From Chloroflexota bacterium (GTDB lineage: Bacteria; Chloroflexota; Limnocylindria; P2-11E): a stretch of 64,000 nucleotides of DNA. The stretch is taken from NCBI GenBank assembly GCA_021787445.1, contig JAJYLV010000003.1, forward strand, positions 20,437 to 84,436, in the 5' to 3' direction. The notes under the pieces are model-generated. The model saw nothing but the letters and a program-made list of their open reading frames with translations, had not been told where the DNA came from and made no database searches. The position numbers and the translations under genes were made by a program. Below, in pieces: positions 27,538 through 36,673 of this stretch. How positions within the stretch are numbered: position 1 is the first letter of the stretch; the number at the start of each line of letters is the position of its first letter.

Positions 27538-28037
27538 ATGGATACGAGCATCGATCTCGGGACATACCGGACCTCGGATGGCGCACTCGTCCATTGCTGG
27601 GCCGACAGCGCTGGGATCCTCACAGCGGAGCGCGAGGGACCGACGGGCCGTGTCCGCGTCGACCCCGTGCAGGTGCGTAGCGCCGTGAAGCTGTCCGACG
27701 ATCCGTTCTGGCCCGAGCACGACGAGCCGGTGCAGGGCTCGCTGTGGAGGGAGTGATCCGAGTGCGACCGCGGCTATGGCACGACGATCCGGGTGGACAC
27801 ACGCGGCCGGCGGATGCCGCCGTCTACTGGGTCTGCCAGAAGGGATCCCACCGTGAGGCGCCGTCGCGGGGTGGACGCGGCGGACTGACGGTGTACCGCG
27901 GCCGCTGGGCGTACTGCGACGGCATGGTCGACGACGAGCGCCACGACTGGGCACCGACGGGAGGCGTTCCGATCGAGCGTCTGGTGGACTGGACCAGGGC
28001 CCTCGACGCGCTGCGCGGCCACACCGTCCGCCGCTAG
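27538..28037 (+). CDS. Two overlapping small hypothetical ORFs (72 aa and 97 aa, GTG-coupled)
   Basis: ATG 27538..27756 (MDTSIDLGTYRTSDGALVHCWADS...) and GTG 27744..28037 (VEGVIRVRPRLWHDD...YCDGMVDDERHDW...); no family recognised. Confidence 0.25.
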
Positions 28038-28096
28038 CGCAACGACCGCCTTACATTCGAACGAGCGTTCTACCGCGGCCCGATCACACTTCGGCC

Positions 28097-29002
28097 GTGG
28101 CTCACGTCGGTCGCGCCCTCGCTGAGCGCATCGGACCGGTCGGCGTGTGGACGTCCGCTCTCGATCGCATGACCACCGCGGACGCGCGCGAGGCCGCGAG
28201 GCGGATCGAGGCGATCGGCACGGGCGCGCTGTGGATCCCCGAGACCGGGATGAGCAAGGACATCTTCGCCCACGCCACGCTCGTGCTTTCGTGGACGGAA
28301 CGCATCCCCATCGCGACGGGGATCGCGAACATCTGGGCACGCGATGCCGTCGCCATGCAGAACGGGGCACGCGCGCTCGGCGACGCGTTCCCCGGGCGCT
28401 TCATCCTCGGCCTCGGCATCAGCCACGCGCCTGTCGTCAGACGACGGACCGGAGGGACGTACGACAAGCCGATCGGCAGGATGCGCGAGTACCTCGACGC
28501 GATGGATGCGGCGCGCTACGTCGGTCCCGAGCCGGCACAGATGCCGCCACGCGTCCTCGCGGCGCTCGGCCCGCAGATGCTGCGCCTCGCCGGCGCGCGT
28601 GCCGCGGGAGCCCACCCGTACTTCGTCCCCGTCGAGCACACGGCGGGGGCGCGACGCGCGCTCGGAGACGGGCCGGTCCTCGCCGTGGAGCAGGCGGTCG
28701 TCTTCGAGACGGACGCGTCGCGTGCGCGCGAGCTCGCGCGCACGCACATGGCCGGCTACCTGCGGCTCGACAACTACGCGAACAACCTGCGGCGTCTCGG
28801 CTGGTCGGCCGAGGACATCGCGGGACCGAGCGACCGGCTCGTCGACGCGATCGTCGCGTGGGGTCCGCTCGATCGGATCGTCGACCGCGTTGTGACGCAT
28901 CGAAGGAACGGTGCGGATCACGTGTGCATCCAGGCCCTGTCCGTGGATCCGCAGCGCATCCCGCTGGACCACGTCGCGGAGCTCGTGACCGCCTGCCGCT
29001 AG
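28097..29002 (+). CDS. LLM-class F420-dependent oxidoreductase (luciferase-like monooxygenase family)
   Basis: 301 aa; GTGALWIPETGMSKDIFAHATLVLSWTERIPIATGIANIW...RFILGLGISH...AAGAHPYFVPVEH resembles the TIGR03620/Rv1855c-type. Confidence 0.7.
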   Translation: MAHVGRALAERIGPVGVWTSALDRMTTADAREAARRIEAIGTGALWIPETGMSKDIFAHATLVLSWTERIPIATGIANIWARDAVAMQNGARALGDAFPGRFILGLGISHAPVVRRRTGGTYDKPIGRMREYLDAMDAARYVGPEPAQMPPRVLAALGPQMLRLAGARAAGAHPYFVPVEHTAGARRALGDGPVLAVEQAVVFETDASRARELARTHMAGYLRLDNYANNLRRLGWSAEDIAGPSDRLVDAIVAWGPLDRIVDRVVTHRRNGADHVCIQALSVDPQRIPLDHVAELVTACR

Positions 29003-29031
29003 CGCGGCACCGATAGTGCGGAAGGACCTTC

Positions 29032-29406
29032 ATGAGACCGTTGCGGGTCCTCGCGATCGAGGACGATCCCGATCTTTCCTACCTCTATCAGAGCTTCCTC
29101 GGAAGCGAGGGCTACGACGTGCTGTGCGCGCACGATGCGACGGAGGCGGTCGAGATGCTCCGCCGCCATCCGGACGTCGTGCTCCTGGACCTCATGCTGC
29201 CCGACACCGACGGCTACACGCTCCTGCGGCACGTGCGCGCGAGGGCGGACACCCGATCCACTCCCATCGTCGTCGTGTCCGCCGCGGTCCCGCCGGGCCG
29301 GCAGCGCATCCCGGGGGCGGACGCGGTGGTGCGCAAGCCATTCGAGTTCGACTGTCTGCTGCGAACGATCGAAGGAGTGGCGCGCCAGGCGCACGCGCGC
29401 GGCTGA
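29032..29406 (+). CDS. Response regulator receiver domain protein (single-domain, CheY-like)
   Basis: 124 aa; RVLAIEDDPDLSYLYQSFLGSEGYDV...PDVVLLDLMLPDTDG...PIVVVSA...KPFEFDCL. Confidence 0.8.
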   Translation: MRPLRVLAIEDDPDLSYLYQSFLGSEGYDVLCAHDATEAVEMLRRHPDVVLLDLMLPDTDGYTLLRHVRARADTRSTPIVVVSAAVPPGRQRIPGADAVVRKPFEFDCLLRTIEGVARQAHARG

Positions 29407-29428
29407 GCCCTCGGCCGATACTGCGCGG

Positions 29429-30403
29429 ATGAGGATCGGCGGCCGCGACGTCGCCCTCACGAATCAGGAGAAGGTCTTCTTCCCCGCGCTCGGCCTCACC
29501 AAGGGCGACCTGGTCGAGTACTACGTCGACCTCGCGGAGGTCGTGCTCCCGCACGTACGGCAGCGGCCGGCGCAGATGAAGCGGTACCCGAACGGCGTCG
29601 AGGGCGACTTCTTCTACCAGAAGCGCGTGCCGGTCCGGCATCCCGAGTGGCTCGAGACCGTCCGGATCGACTTCCCGAGCGGCCGGAGCGCGGACTTTCC
29701 CGTGCTCGAGGACCCGGCGTCGCTCGCTTGGTCCGCGAACCTCGGGTGCATCGAGATCCACACCTGGCACTCGCGCGTCGACGCGCTCGAGCGCCCCGAC
29801 TACCTCCTCATCGACCTCGACCCGAGTGCGGAGGGGCAGTGGCCGCACGTCCGCGAGATCGCCCTCGTGGTGAAGGACGTCATGGACGAGCTGGGCCTCG
29901 CGAGCTACCCGAAGACCTCCGGCGCGACGGGGATGCACGTCCTCGCGCCGATCGAGCGGGACCTCGACTTTCCGGAAGTGCGGCGGTTCGCGAAGGCGAT
30001 GGCGAAGGAGGTGGAGCGGCGCGTGCCGCGCATCGCGACGACGACATGGGTCGTGCGCGAGCGCACTGGCGTCTTCGTCGACTACGGCCAGAACGCGCGG
30101 GACCGCACGATCGCGTGCGCATACTCGGTGCGCCCGACACGCGATGCGCGCTGCTCCGCGCCGCTGCGCTGGCACGAGGTCGCCGACGTCGATCCCGCGG
30201 ACTTCACGATGACGACGATGCGCGAGCGCGTGCGGCGCTCGGGCGATCCCACCGCGGACATGTGGCGGCGCCCGACGAGCATCGCGCCCCTCTTCGAGAA
30301 GCTCGGGATCAAGCCGCCGGGGAAGGGACCGAAGCTACGGAAGCGTACGGGTCCGCCCCGCGACTGGCGCGCCGAGTACGAGGCGAAGAGGCGGAAGGGC
30401 TGA
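29429..30403 (+). CDS. DNA ligase D polymerase/primase domain protein (NHEJ LigD PolDom, standalone)
   Basis: ATG at 29429 in frame with track ORF 29135. NQEKVFFPALGLTKGDLVEYY...PYPKTSGATGMHVLAPIERDLDF...VFVDYGQNARDRTIACAYSVRP matches the LigD primase-polymerase domain. Confidence 0.75.
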   Translation: MRIGGRDVALTNQEKVFFPALGLTKGDLVEYYVDLAEVVLPHVRQRPAQMKRYPNGVEGDFFYQKRVPVRHPEWLETVRIDFPSGRSADFPVLEDPASLAWSANLGCIEIHTWHSRVDALERPDYLLIDLDPSAEGQWPHVREIALVVKDVMDELGLASYPKTSGATGMHVLAPIERDLDFPEVRRFAKAMAKEVERRVPRIATTTWVVRERTGVFVDYGQNARDRTIACAYSVRPTRDARCSAPLRWHEVADVDPADFTMTTMRERVRRSGDPTADMWRRPTSIAPLFEKLGIKPPGKGPKLRKRTGPPRDWRAEYEAKRRKG

Positions 30404-30442
30404 GCCCCCGCCGCCTCATCGCGGTCGGGTCCTGGCCCGACC

Positions 30443-31486
30443 TCAGCCGTCCGACCCCGCGCCTCCGGAGCGCAGCAAGCCCTCGAGCGTCGGATCGCCC
30501 CGCTTGCGCCGCGGCCGCACCTGCTCCCACGTGCACTCCCGGGGGTCTTTGTCCGGGCGGAAGCGCAGGAAGCGCGTCCCGTGCCGAAAGCGATCCTCTT
30601 CCACTTTGTCGTAGCGCACCTCGCACACGACGGCCGGCTTCACGGGCGTCCATTCGAGGTCGCGCCCCCGCGACCAGCGGCTCGTGCCGCCGCCCTGGCG
30701 CCCGGTCGTCGTCTCCTCCTCGACGCGCAGCGGCGGCAGCATCTCCTGCAGCTGCCGCTGCAGCGGCCCGGTGACCCCCGAGGTGTGTCCGGCGAAGTCG
30801 AGCGTCCCGTCGGCGCGGTAGAGGCCGAGGTTGAGCACGGCGATCCGCGTGCCGCTCGTGCGGTAGCCGACGATCACGCAGTCCGCGGTCTTGTGCTTCT
30901 TCACCTTGCGCACGGCCCCGCGTGAGCCCGGCATGTACGGGAGATCGACGCGCTTGGCGATGACGCCGTCGAGCCCGAGGATCTCGAGCCGCTCCAGCCA
31001 CGTGCGCGCCTGCGCGATGTCCGTCGAGGCCGGGGAGATACGGAAGCCCTTCGCCTTCGTGAGCAGCTCGACGCGGCGCTCGCGCAGCGGACGGGCGTGG
31101 ACGGCCGCGGCGTTCCACAGGAGGACGTCGAAGGCGACGTACGTCGCCGGAGTCTCCGCCGCGAGCTTGCGGATCCGGCTCTCGGCCGGGTGCAGGCGCA
31201 TCTGCATCGCGTCGAAGTCGAGCCGTCCATCGCGCTCGATGACGATCTCGCCGTCGAGCGCCGAGTGCGCGGGAAGGAGGCCGCCGAGCGGCCGCAGCTC
31301 CGGGAAGTAGCGCAGGAGCGGTCGGCCGTTCCGGCTCCACAGCGCGAGCTCGCCGCCGTCGTTCTCGAGGACGCCGCGGAAGCCGTCCCACTTGGGCTCG
31401 TACTGCCACATGGGGCCGACAGGGATGTCGTCGACGAGCTCGGCCTCCTGGGGAGGGAACGGGACGTGCGGCCCCGGCACGCCCAT
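30443..31486 (-). CDS. ATP-dependent DNA ligase (LigC/LigD ligase-domain type)
   Basis: 347 aa; adenylation motif I YEPKWDGFR (Lys nucleophile), EGLVIKR-like DGVIAKRVDLPYMPGSRG, and an OB-fold C-terminus. Confidence 0.8.
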   Translation of the reverse strand: MGVPGPHVPFPPQEAELVDDIPVGPMWQYEPKWDGFRGVLENDGGELALWSRNGRPLLRYFPELRPLGGLLPAHSALDGEIVIERDGRLDFDAMQMRLHPAESRIRKLAAETPATYVAFDVLLWNAAAVHARPLRERRVELLTKAKGFRISPASTDIAQARTWLERLEILGLDGVIAKRVDLPYMPGSRGAVRKVKKHKTADCVIVGYRTSGTRIAVLNLGLYRADGTLDFAGHTSGVTGPLQRQLQEMLPPLRVEEETTTGRQGGGTSRWSRGRDLEWTPVKPAVVCEVRYDKVEEDRFRHGTRFLRFRPDKDPRECTWEQVRPRRKRGDPTLEGLLRSGGAGSDG

Positions 31487-31553
31487 CAGGCTAGTGGCAG
31501 GGAGCGTGCCGCTCTTAGGCCGGTCTCTTCGGCAGCCTCAGGTGCTCGCGCTC

Positions 31554-32360
31554 CTACGGGAAGGGCGCCGCCTTGACGATGGAGGGCAGGACGGTGCCGA
31601 CGAGGTACCCCGCCCCGCCGGCCACCGCGGCGAGCAGCACGATCTCGAGGCCGGACCGGATCCCGCCCGCCTCGACGAAGCGCGACTTCGCGACCCCGAG
31701 GAGGAAGAGCACGACGGCCGAGCCGGCGATCGAGACCAGGAGCGCCGAGTGCACGCCGAGGAACATGTACGGCAGGAGCGGGACGAGCGCGGCGACGCCG
31801 AGCGCGGCCGACAGGATCATCGCGCCCCGGAGAGCATGGACGTCCGGCTCGGCGGACAGCCCCAGCTCCTTCTCCACCATGGTGCGGAGGAGGACGTCCT
31901 TGTTCGTCGCCATCACCGCCGCGACGCGCTCCGCTTGGTCGCGGCGCAGGCCCTCCTCCTCGAGCATGAACGCGACCTCCGCCTGCGACTCGCCGGGACG
32001 CTCCTCGACCTCCTTGCGCTCGCGCGCGATCTGGGCTTCGAACACCTGGCGCTGCGAACGGGAGCTCATGTACTCCCCGGCCGCCATCGAGAAGATCTCG
32101 GCGATCGTCGTCGCGATGCCCCCGAGGAGGACCACGTGATGGTCGGACGTCGCGCCGCTCAGCGTGCTGACGACCGTCAGGATGCTGACGATCCCGTCCT
32201 GGGCGCCGAAAAGGCCCTCGCGGATCTCACCCAGGAGGTCGGCGCTGCGCCGCTCCTCGTGCAGATGCGCCGCGAGCCAATCGCGGTCGAGATAGGGCGG
32301 ATCGGCCCCCGCGCGGTCGGGCGGATGGTCCGAAGCAGGCGTCGCCATGGGTGGCACCAT
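31554..32360 (-). CDS. VIT1/CCC1-family (DUF125) iron/manganese transporter
   Basis: QDGIVSILTVVSTLSGATSD...IFSMAAGEYMSSRSQ...LGVAALVPLLPYMF; characteristic VIT-family membrane repeats. Confidence 0.65.
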   Translation of the reverse strand: MVPPMATPASDHPPDRAGADPPYLDRDWLAAHLHEERRSADLLGEIREGLFGAQDGIVSILTVVSTLSGATSDHHVVLLGGIATTIAEIFSMAAGEYMSSRSQRQVFEAQIARERKEVEERPGESQAEVAFMLEEEGLRRDQAERVAAVMATNKDVLLRTMVEKELGLSAEPDVHALRGAMILSAALGVAALVPLLPYMFLGVHSALLVSIAGSAVVLFLLGVAKSRFVEAGGIRSGLEIVLLAAVAGGAGYLVGTVLPSIVKAAPFP

Positions 32361-32728
32361 TGTGCGCGATGGACATGAGCGCTCTTCGCAGCCGTCTCCA
32401 GCGCGACCTGGGCGACACGGAGAACACCCTCGAGGCGATACGTGAGCGCACGACGGTGGGCCAGCAGGAGAGCGGTGGCGAGATCTCGCTGAGCGACCAG
32501 CACCCTGCCGACGCGGCGACGGAGACGGAGTCGCGCGAGCTCGATCTTGCGCAGCAGCGGATGCTCGGATCGCGCGTCCGGCGCATCCAGGACGCGCTCC
32601 ACCGGATGGACGACGGCACCTATGGGCGCTGCGTCGTGTGCGGCAGCCCGATCCCGGAGGAGCGCCTCGAGGCCATCCCCGACACCGCCTACTGCCTGAA
32701 GGACGCGACCGCGGAGGAGCGCACCTAG
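32351..32728 (+). CDS. DksA/TraR-family C4-type zinc-finger protein
   Basis: C-terminal YGRCVVCGSPIPEERLEAIPDTAYCLKD (CxxC...C) after a coiled-coil region. Confidence 0.65.
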   Translation: MAPLCAMDMSALRSRLQRDLGDTENTLEAIRERTTVGQQESGGEISLSDQHPADAATETESRELDLAQQRMLGSRVRRIQDALHRMDDGTYGRCVVCGSPIPEERLEAIPDTAYCLKDATAEERT

Positions 32729-32774
32729 CGGCGGCGCGGGCGCTGGCACGCGGCCTGCTTCACGCGTCCGTTGC

Positions 32775-33506
32775 ATGATCGAGACGCAGCCGACAGCACC
32801 CGCGAACGCGACGGCGCTCGCCAAGGTCCTCGTCGTCGACGACGACGAGGCGATCGCGGCGGCCGTGTGCGAGCTCCTGCGCGAGGAAGGCTACGACGCG
32901 AGCGTCGTGACGGACTCGCGCAAGGCGATCGAGGCCTTCTCCACGTTCCAGCCCGACCTCGTGATCCTCGACGTGCTCATGCCGAGCGTCGACGGCATCA
33001 GCCTCTGCCTCCAGCTCCGCCGCGAGAGCGACGTGCCGGTCCTCTTCCTCTCGGCGAAGCGCGACGCGCCCGACCGCGTCGTCGGCCTGCGCATCGGCGC
33101 GGACGACTACGTGGGGAAGCCGTTCGACAACGACGAGCTCCTCGCGCGCGTCGGCGCGCTCCTGCGCCGCGGGCACGGCGCGCACGGCGACGGACGCTCG
33201 CAGCTCCGCTTCGGGCGCTTCGTGGTCGACCTCGCGAGCGTGCAGGCGATCGCGGGCGAGCGGCACATCGCGCTCACGCCGACGGAGTTCAAGCTGCTGC
33301 GCACGCTCGCCGCGGAGCCCGGCCGTGTCTTCACCCGCGACGACCTGCTGACGACGGTGTGGGGCTACGAGCCCGGCAGCGACACGCGGCTCGTCGACGT
33401 CCACGTCGGGCGTCTCCGGAAGAAGCTTCAGGACGCCGGAGTGTCGGAGGTCGCTATCGAGACGTCGCGAGGGTTCGGGTACCGTCTGGGGCAGGCGGCG
33501 GCGTAG
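32775..33506 (+). CDS. OmpR-family response regulator
   Basis: KVLVVDDDEAIA...PDLVILDVLMPSVDG...VLFLSAK; C-terminal winged helix LTPTEFKLLRTLA...VWGYEPGSDTRLVDVHVGRLRKKL. Confidence 0.85.
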   Translation: MIETQPTAPANATALAKVLVVDDDEAIAAAVCELLREEGYDASVVTDSRKAIEAFSTFQPDLVILDVLMPSVDGISLCLQLRRESDVPVLFLSAKRDAPDRVVGLRIGADDYVGKPFDNDELLARVGALLRRGHGAHGDGRSQLRFGRFVVDLASVQAIAGERHIALTPTEFKLLRTLAAEPGRVFTRDDLLTTVWGYEPGSDTRLVDVHVGRLRKKLQDAGVSEVAIETSRGFGYRLGQAAA

Positions 33507-34581
33507 CCGCCGCGGACCGCCGGGCCCTCACCGCCCTCGCGAGCTCGCGCATGAGGTTCGCGGTGTCGTCCCACCCGACGCACGCGTCGGTGATGCTCTG
33601 GCCGTAGGTGAGCGCCGAGCCGTCGCGCAGGTCCTGCCGGCCCTCGACGAGGAAGCTCTCGATCATCAAGCCGACGATCCCGCGCTCGCCGGCCGCGACC
33701 TGCTCCGCGACGTCGCGTACGACGGTGGACTGGCGGCGGTGATCCTTGCCGCTGTTGTCGTGGCTGCAGTCGATCATCACGCGCGCGGCCATGCGGCCCT
33801 CACGCAGCATGCCGAGCACCCGCTGAACGTGGGTGCGGTCGAAATTCGGACCCGCCCTCCCGCCGCGGAGGATGACGTGGCAGTCCGGGTTGCCGTCGGT
33901 CATGACGATCCCGGCGAGGCCCTGGTCGGTCACGCCGAGGAACGCGTGCGGGCACGATGCGGCGCGGATCGCGTCGATGGCCATCTGCAGTCCGCCGCCC
34001 GTCCCGTTCTTGAACCCGACGGGCATGGAGAGGCCCGACGCGAGCTCGCGGTGGACCTGGCTCTCCGTCGTCCGGGCGCCGATGGCGCCCCACGAGACGA
34101 GGTCCGAGGTGAACTGCGGCGAGATGGGGTCGAGGAACTCGCATCCCGCGGGCAGCCCGAGCGAGACGAGGTCGAGGAGGATCTTGCGCGCGATGTGCAG
34201 GCCCTCGTTGATCTTGTAGCTGCCGTCCAGGTGCGGGTCGTTGATTAGGCCCTTCCACCCCACCGTGGTCCGCGGCTTCTCGAAGTACACGCGCATGACG
34301 ATCCGCAGGTCGCCCGCGAGCTGGTCGGCGAGGAGCCGCAGCCGCATGGCGTAGTCGATGCCGGCGGCCGCGTCGTGGATCGAGCACGGGCCGACGACGA
34401 CGAGGAGCCGATCGTCCTCCCCATCGAGGATGCGCGCGACCTCCTGCCGCCATCCGGCGATCGCACGCGCGCCCTGGTCCGTCAGCGGCAGCTCCTCGAG
34501 GAGGATGGCCGGGGGCACCAGCGGACGGATGACCTGGACGCGGAGGTCCTTTGTGCGCTTCCCGTTGCTCACCCATACCAT
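33454..34581 (-). CDS. aroG: 3-deoxy-7-phosphoheptulonate (DAHP) synthase, class I
   Basis: LLVVVGPCSIHD...IVMRVYFEKPRTTVGWKGLINDPHLDGS...SWGAIGARTTESQVHRELASGLSMPVGFKNGTGG... aligns along the full length with the AroG family. Confidence 0.9.
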   Translation of the reverse strand: MVWVSNGKRTKDLRVQVIRPLVPPAILLEELPLTDQGARAIAGWRQEVARILDGEDDRLLVVVGPCSIHDAAAGIDYAMRLRLLADQLAGDLRIVMRVYFEKPRTTVGWKGLINDPHLDGSYKINEGLHIARKILLDLVSLGLPAGCEFLDPISPQFTSDLVSWGAIGARTTESQVHRELASGLSMPVGFKNGTGGGLQMAIDAIRAASCPHAFLGVTDQGLAGIVMTDGNPDCHVILRGGRAGPNFDRTHVQRVLGMLREGRMAARVMIDCSHDNSGKDHRRQSTVVRDVAEQVAAGERGIVGLMIESFLVEGRQDLRDGSALTYGQSITDACVGWDDTANLMRELARAVRARRSAAATPPPAPDGTRTLATSR

Positions 34582-34588
34582 TCTCGCG

Positions 34589-35104
34589 GTGCCTCTCTAT
34601 CCGTATCAAGGCAAGCTGCCGAAGGTCGCCGACGACGCCTGGATCGCTCCGAGCGCGAGCGTCATCGGCGACGTCGAGATCGCGTCGGGCGCGTCGATCT
34701 GGTTCGGGGTGACGATCCGCGCGGACACGTCGTACGTGCGGATCGGCCCGGGGACGAACATCCAGGACAACTCCGTCGTCCACACGGATCACGGCGCTCC
34801 CACGATCATCGGTGCGGACTGCACGATCGGTCACGGCGCGATCGTCCACTCGAGCATCGTCGGCGACAACGTGCTCATCGGGACCGCGTCCGTGCTCACG
34901 GGGCACAACAAGGTCGGGAATGGAAGCCTCATCGCCGCCGGAGCGGTGTTCCCGGCGGGGATGGAGATCGGCGAGCGGAAGATGGTCGTCGGCGTGCCCG
35001 CCCGTGTCGCGCGTGACGTGCGACCGGAGGACTCGCGGTGGACGCATGCGGCGGCGGAGCACTACCGGGAGATGAGCGCCGAGTACCACGAGCAGATCCC
35101 CTGA
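34589..35104 (+). CDS. Gamma-carbonic-anhydrase-like / hexapeptide-repeat protein (YrdA/PaaY-like)
   Basis: LYPYQGKLPKVADDAWIAPSASVIGDVEIASGASIWFGVTIRAD...HTDHGAPTIIGADCTIGHGAIVH. GTG at 34589 in frame with track ORF 34358. Confidence 0.7.
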   Translation: MPLYPYQGKLPKVADDAWIAPSASVIGDVEIASGASIWFGVTIRADTSYVRIGPGTNIQDNSVVHTDHGAPTIIGADCTIGHGAIVHSSIVGDNVLIGTASVLTGHNKVGNGSLIAAGAVFPAGMEIGERKMVVGVPARVARDVRPEDSRWTHAAAEHYREMSAEYHEQIP

Positions 35105-36630
35105 CCACGATCCGCATCACGGGTCAGGATCTGACGATCGCCGACATCGTCGGCGTCGCGCGCGGCGACCTCGCCATCGCCATCGAGCGCCGCGCCGAGG
35201 GGAGGGTCCAGGCCGCCGCGAAGCTGGTCGATGAGCTCGCGAGGGGCGACGAGCCGATCTACGGGATCAATACCGGCTTCGGCGATCTGTCGACGGTCAC
35301 GATCCCGCCGGCCGATCTCCGGACGCTCCAGCGCGACCTCGTGCGCAGCCACGCCGTCGGCGTCGGCGAGCCGCTTCCCGTCGACGTCGTGCGCGCCGCG
35401 ATGCTCCTGCGCGCCAACACCCTCGCCGCGGGCCGCTCCGGCGTGCGGAAGGAGACGCTCGAGCTCCTCGTCGACATGATCGGGCGGGGCGTCCACCCCG
35501 TCATGCCCCGGTACGGCAGCGTCGGCGCGTCGGGCGACCTCGCCCCGCTCGCGCACATGGCGCTGGTCCTCATCGGTGAAGGCGAGGCGTTCCACGACGG
35601 GAAGCGCAAGCCGGCGGCGGACGCGCTGAAGCACGCCGGGCTGAAGCCGATCCAGCTCGGACCCAAGGAGGGCCTCGCGCTCATCAACGGGACGCAGGTG
35701 ATGACGGCGATCGGATGCCTAGCGCTGCACGACGCGGAGGTCGTCGCGACGGCCGCGGACATCGTCGCCGCGCTGTCCGCGGAGGCGCTGCGGGCGACCG
35801 ACCAGGCCTGGGATCCGGCGATCCACGAGGCGCGTCCGCATCCGGGCCAGCGGAGCGTCGCGGGAACGCTGCGGGCGCTGGTCGAGGGGAGCCCCATCCG
35901 AGAGTCGCACCGCACGGGAGACCCGCGCGTCCAGGATCCCTACTCGATCCGCTGCATCCCGCAGGTCCACGGCGCGACGCGCGACGCTCTCGGCTACGTG
36001 CGGGCCGTGCTCGAACGCGAGATCAACTCGGTCACGGACAACCCGCTCGTCTTCCCGGAGGATCGGCGCGTCCTCTCGGGCGGGAACTTCCACGGACAGC
36101 CGGTCGCCATCGCGTGCGACCTCGCGACGATCGCGGTCGCGCAGCTGGGGGAGATCTCGGAGGCCCGCGTCGACCGCATGACGAACGGGCACACCTCCGG
36201 CCTGCCGCCGTTCCTCACGCGGCATCCCGGCGCGAGCTCGGGCTTCATGGTCGCGCAGTACACCGCCGCCGCCCTCGTCGCCGAGGACCGCCTGCGCGCG
36301 CTCCCGGCCTCCGTCCAATCGGTCCCGACGTCCGCCGGGATGGAGGATCACGTGAGCATGGGGGTGCACGCCGCGGAGAAGCTGGCCGACGTCGTCCGGA
36401 ACGTCCGCGACATCCTCGCCATCGAAGCGCTGTGCGCGGCGCAGGGGCTCGACCTCATCGGAATGCGCACGTCCGAGCCGCTCCAGGCGGTCCGCGCGCT
36501 GATCCGCGAGGAGTCGCCGACGCTCGACGCCGATCGCTCCCTCGCGCCGGACATCGCGGTCCTCTCCGACGTCATCGCGCGCGACGTGCTCGCCGCCGCC
36601 GTGCGGCAGAGGTCGGTCCCCGAGGCGTAG
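35038..36630 (+). CDS. hutH: Histidine ammonia-lyase
   Basis: [14 protein letters not shown]...[23 protein letters not shown] (ASG MIO triad). The true start may be the CTG at ~35098 (LTTIRITG) rather than the ATG at 35038, which overlaps the upstream gene. Confidence 0.85.
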   Translation: MDACGGGALPGDERRVPRADPLTTIRITGQDLTIADIVGVARGDLAIAIERRAEGRVQAAAKLVDELARGDEPIYGINTGFGDLSTVTIPPADLRTLQRDLVRSHAVGVGEPLPVDVVRAAMLLRANTLAAGRSGVRKETLELLVDMIGRGVHPVMPRYGSVGASGDLAPLAHMALVLIGEGEAFHDGKRKPAADALKHAGLKPIQLGPKEGLALINGTQVMTAIGCLALHDAEVVATAADIVAALSAEALRATDQAWDPAIHEARPHPGQRSVAGTLRALVEGSPIRESHRTGDPRVQDPYSIRCIPQVHGATRDALGYVRAVLEREINSVTDNPLVFPEDRRVLSGGNFHGQPVAIACDLATIAVAQLGEISEARVDRMTNGHTSGLPPFLTRHPGASSGFMVAQYTAAALVAEDRLRALPASVQSVPTSAGMEDHVSMGVHAAEKLADVVRNVRDILAIEALCAAQGLDLIGMRTSEPLQAVRALIREESPTLDADRSLAPDIAVLSDVIARDVLAAAVRQRSVPEA

Positions 36631-36673
36631 ATCCTCCGCGGGCGCGCCGCCGGGCGCGCGCGACAATGAGCGC

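Noticed and set aside
25952-27586. 544-aa minus ORF
   Set aside because: Only the last ~103 aa (zinc-ribbon-like) look protein-like; the rest is antisense of the third USP gene.
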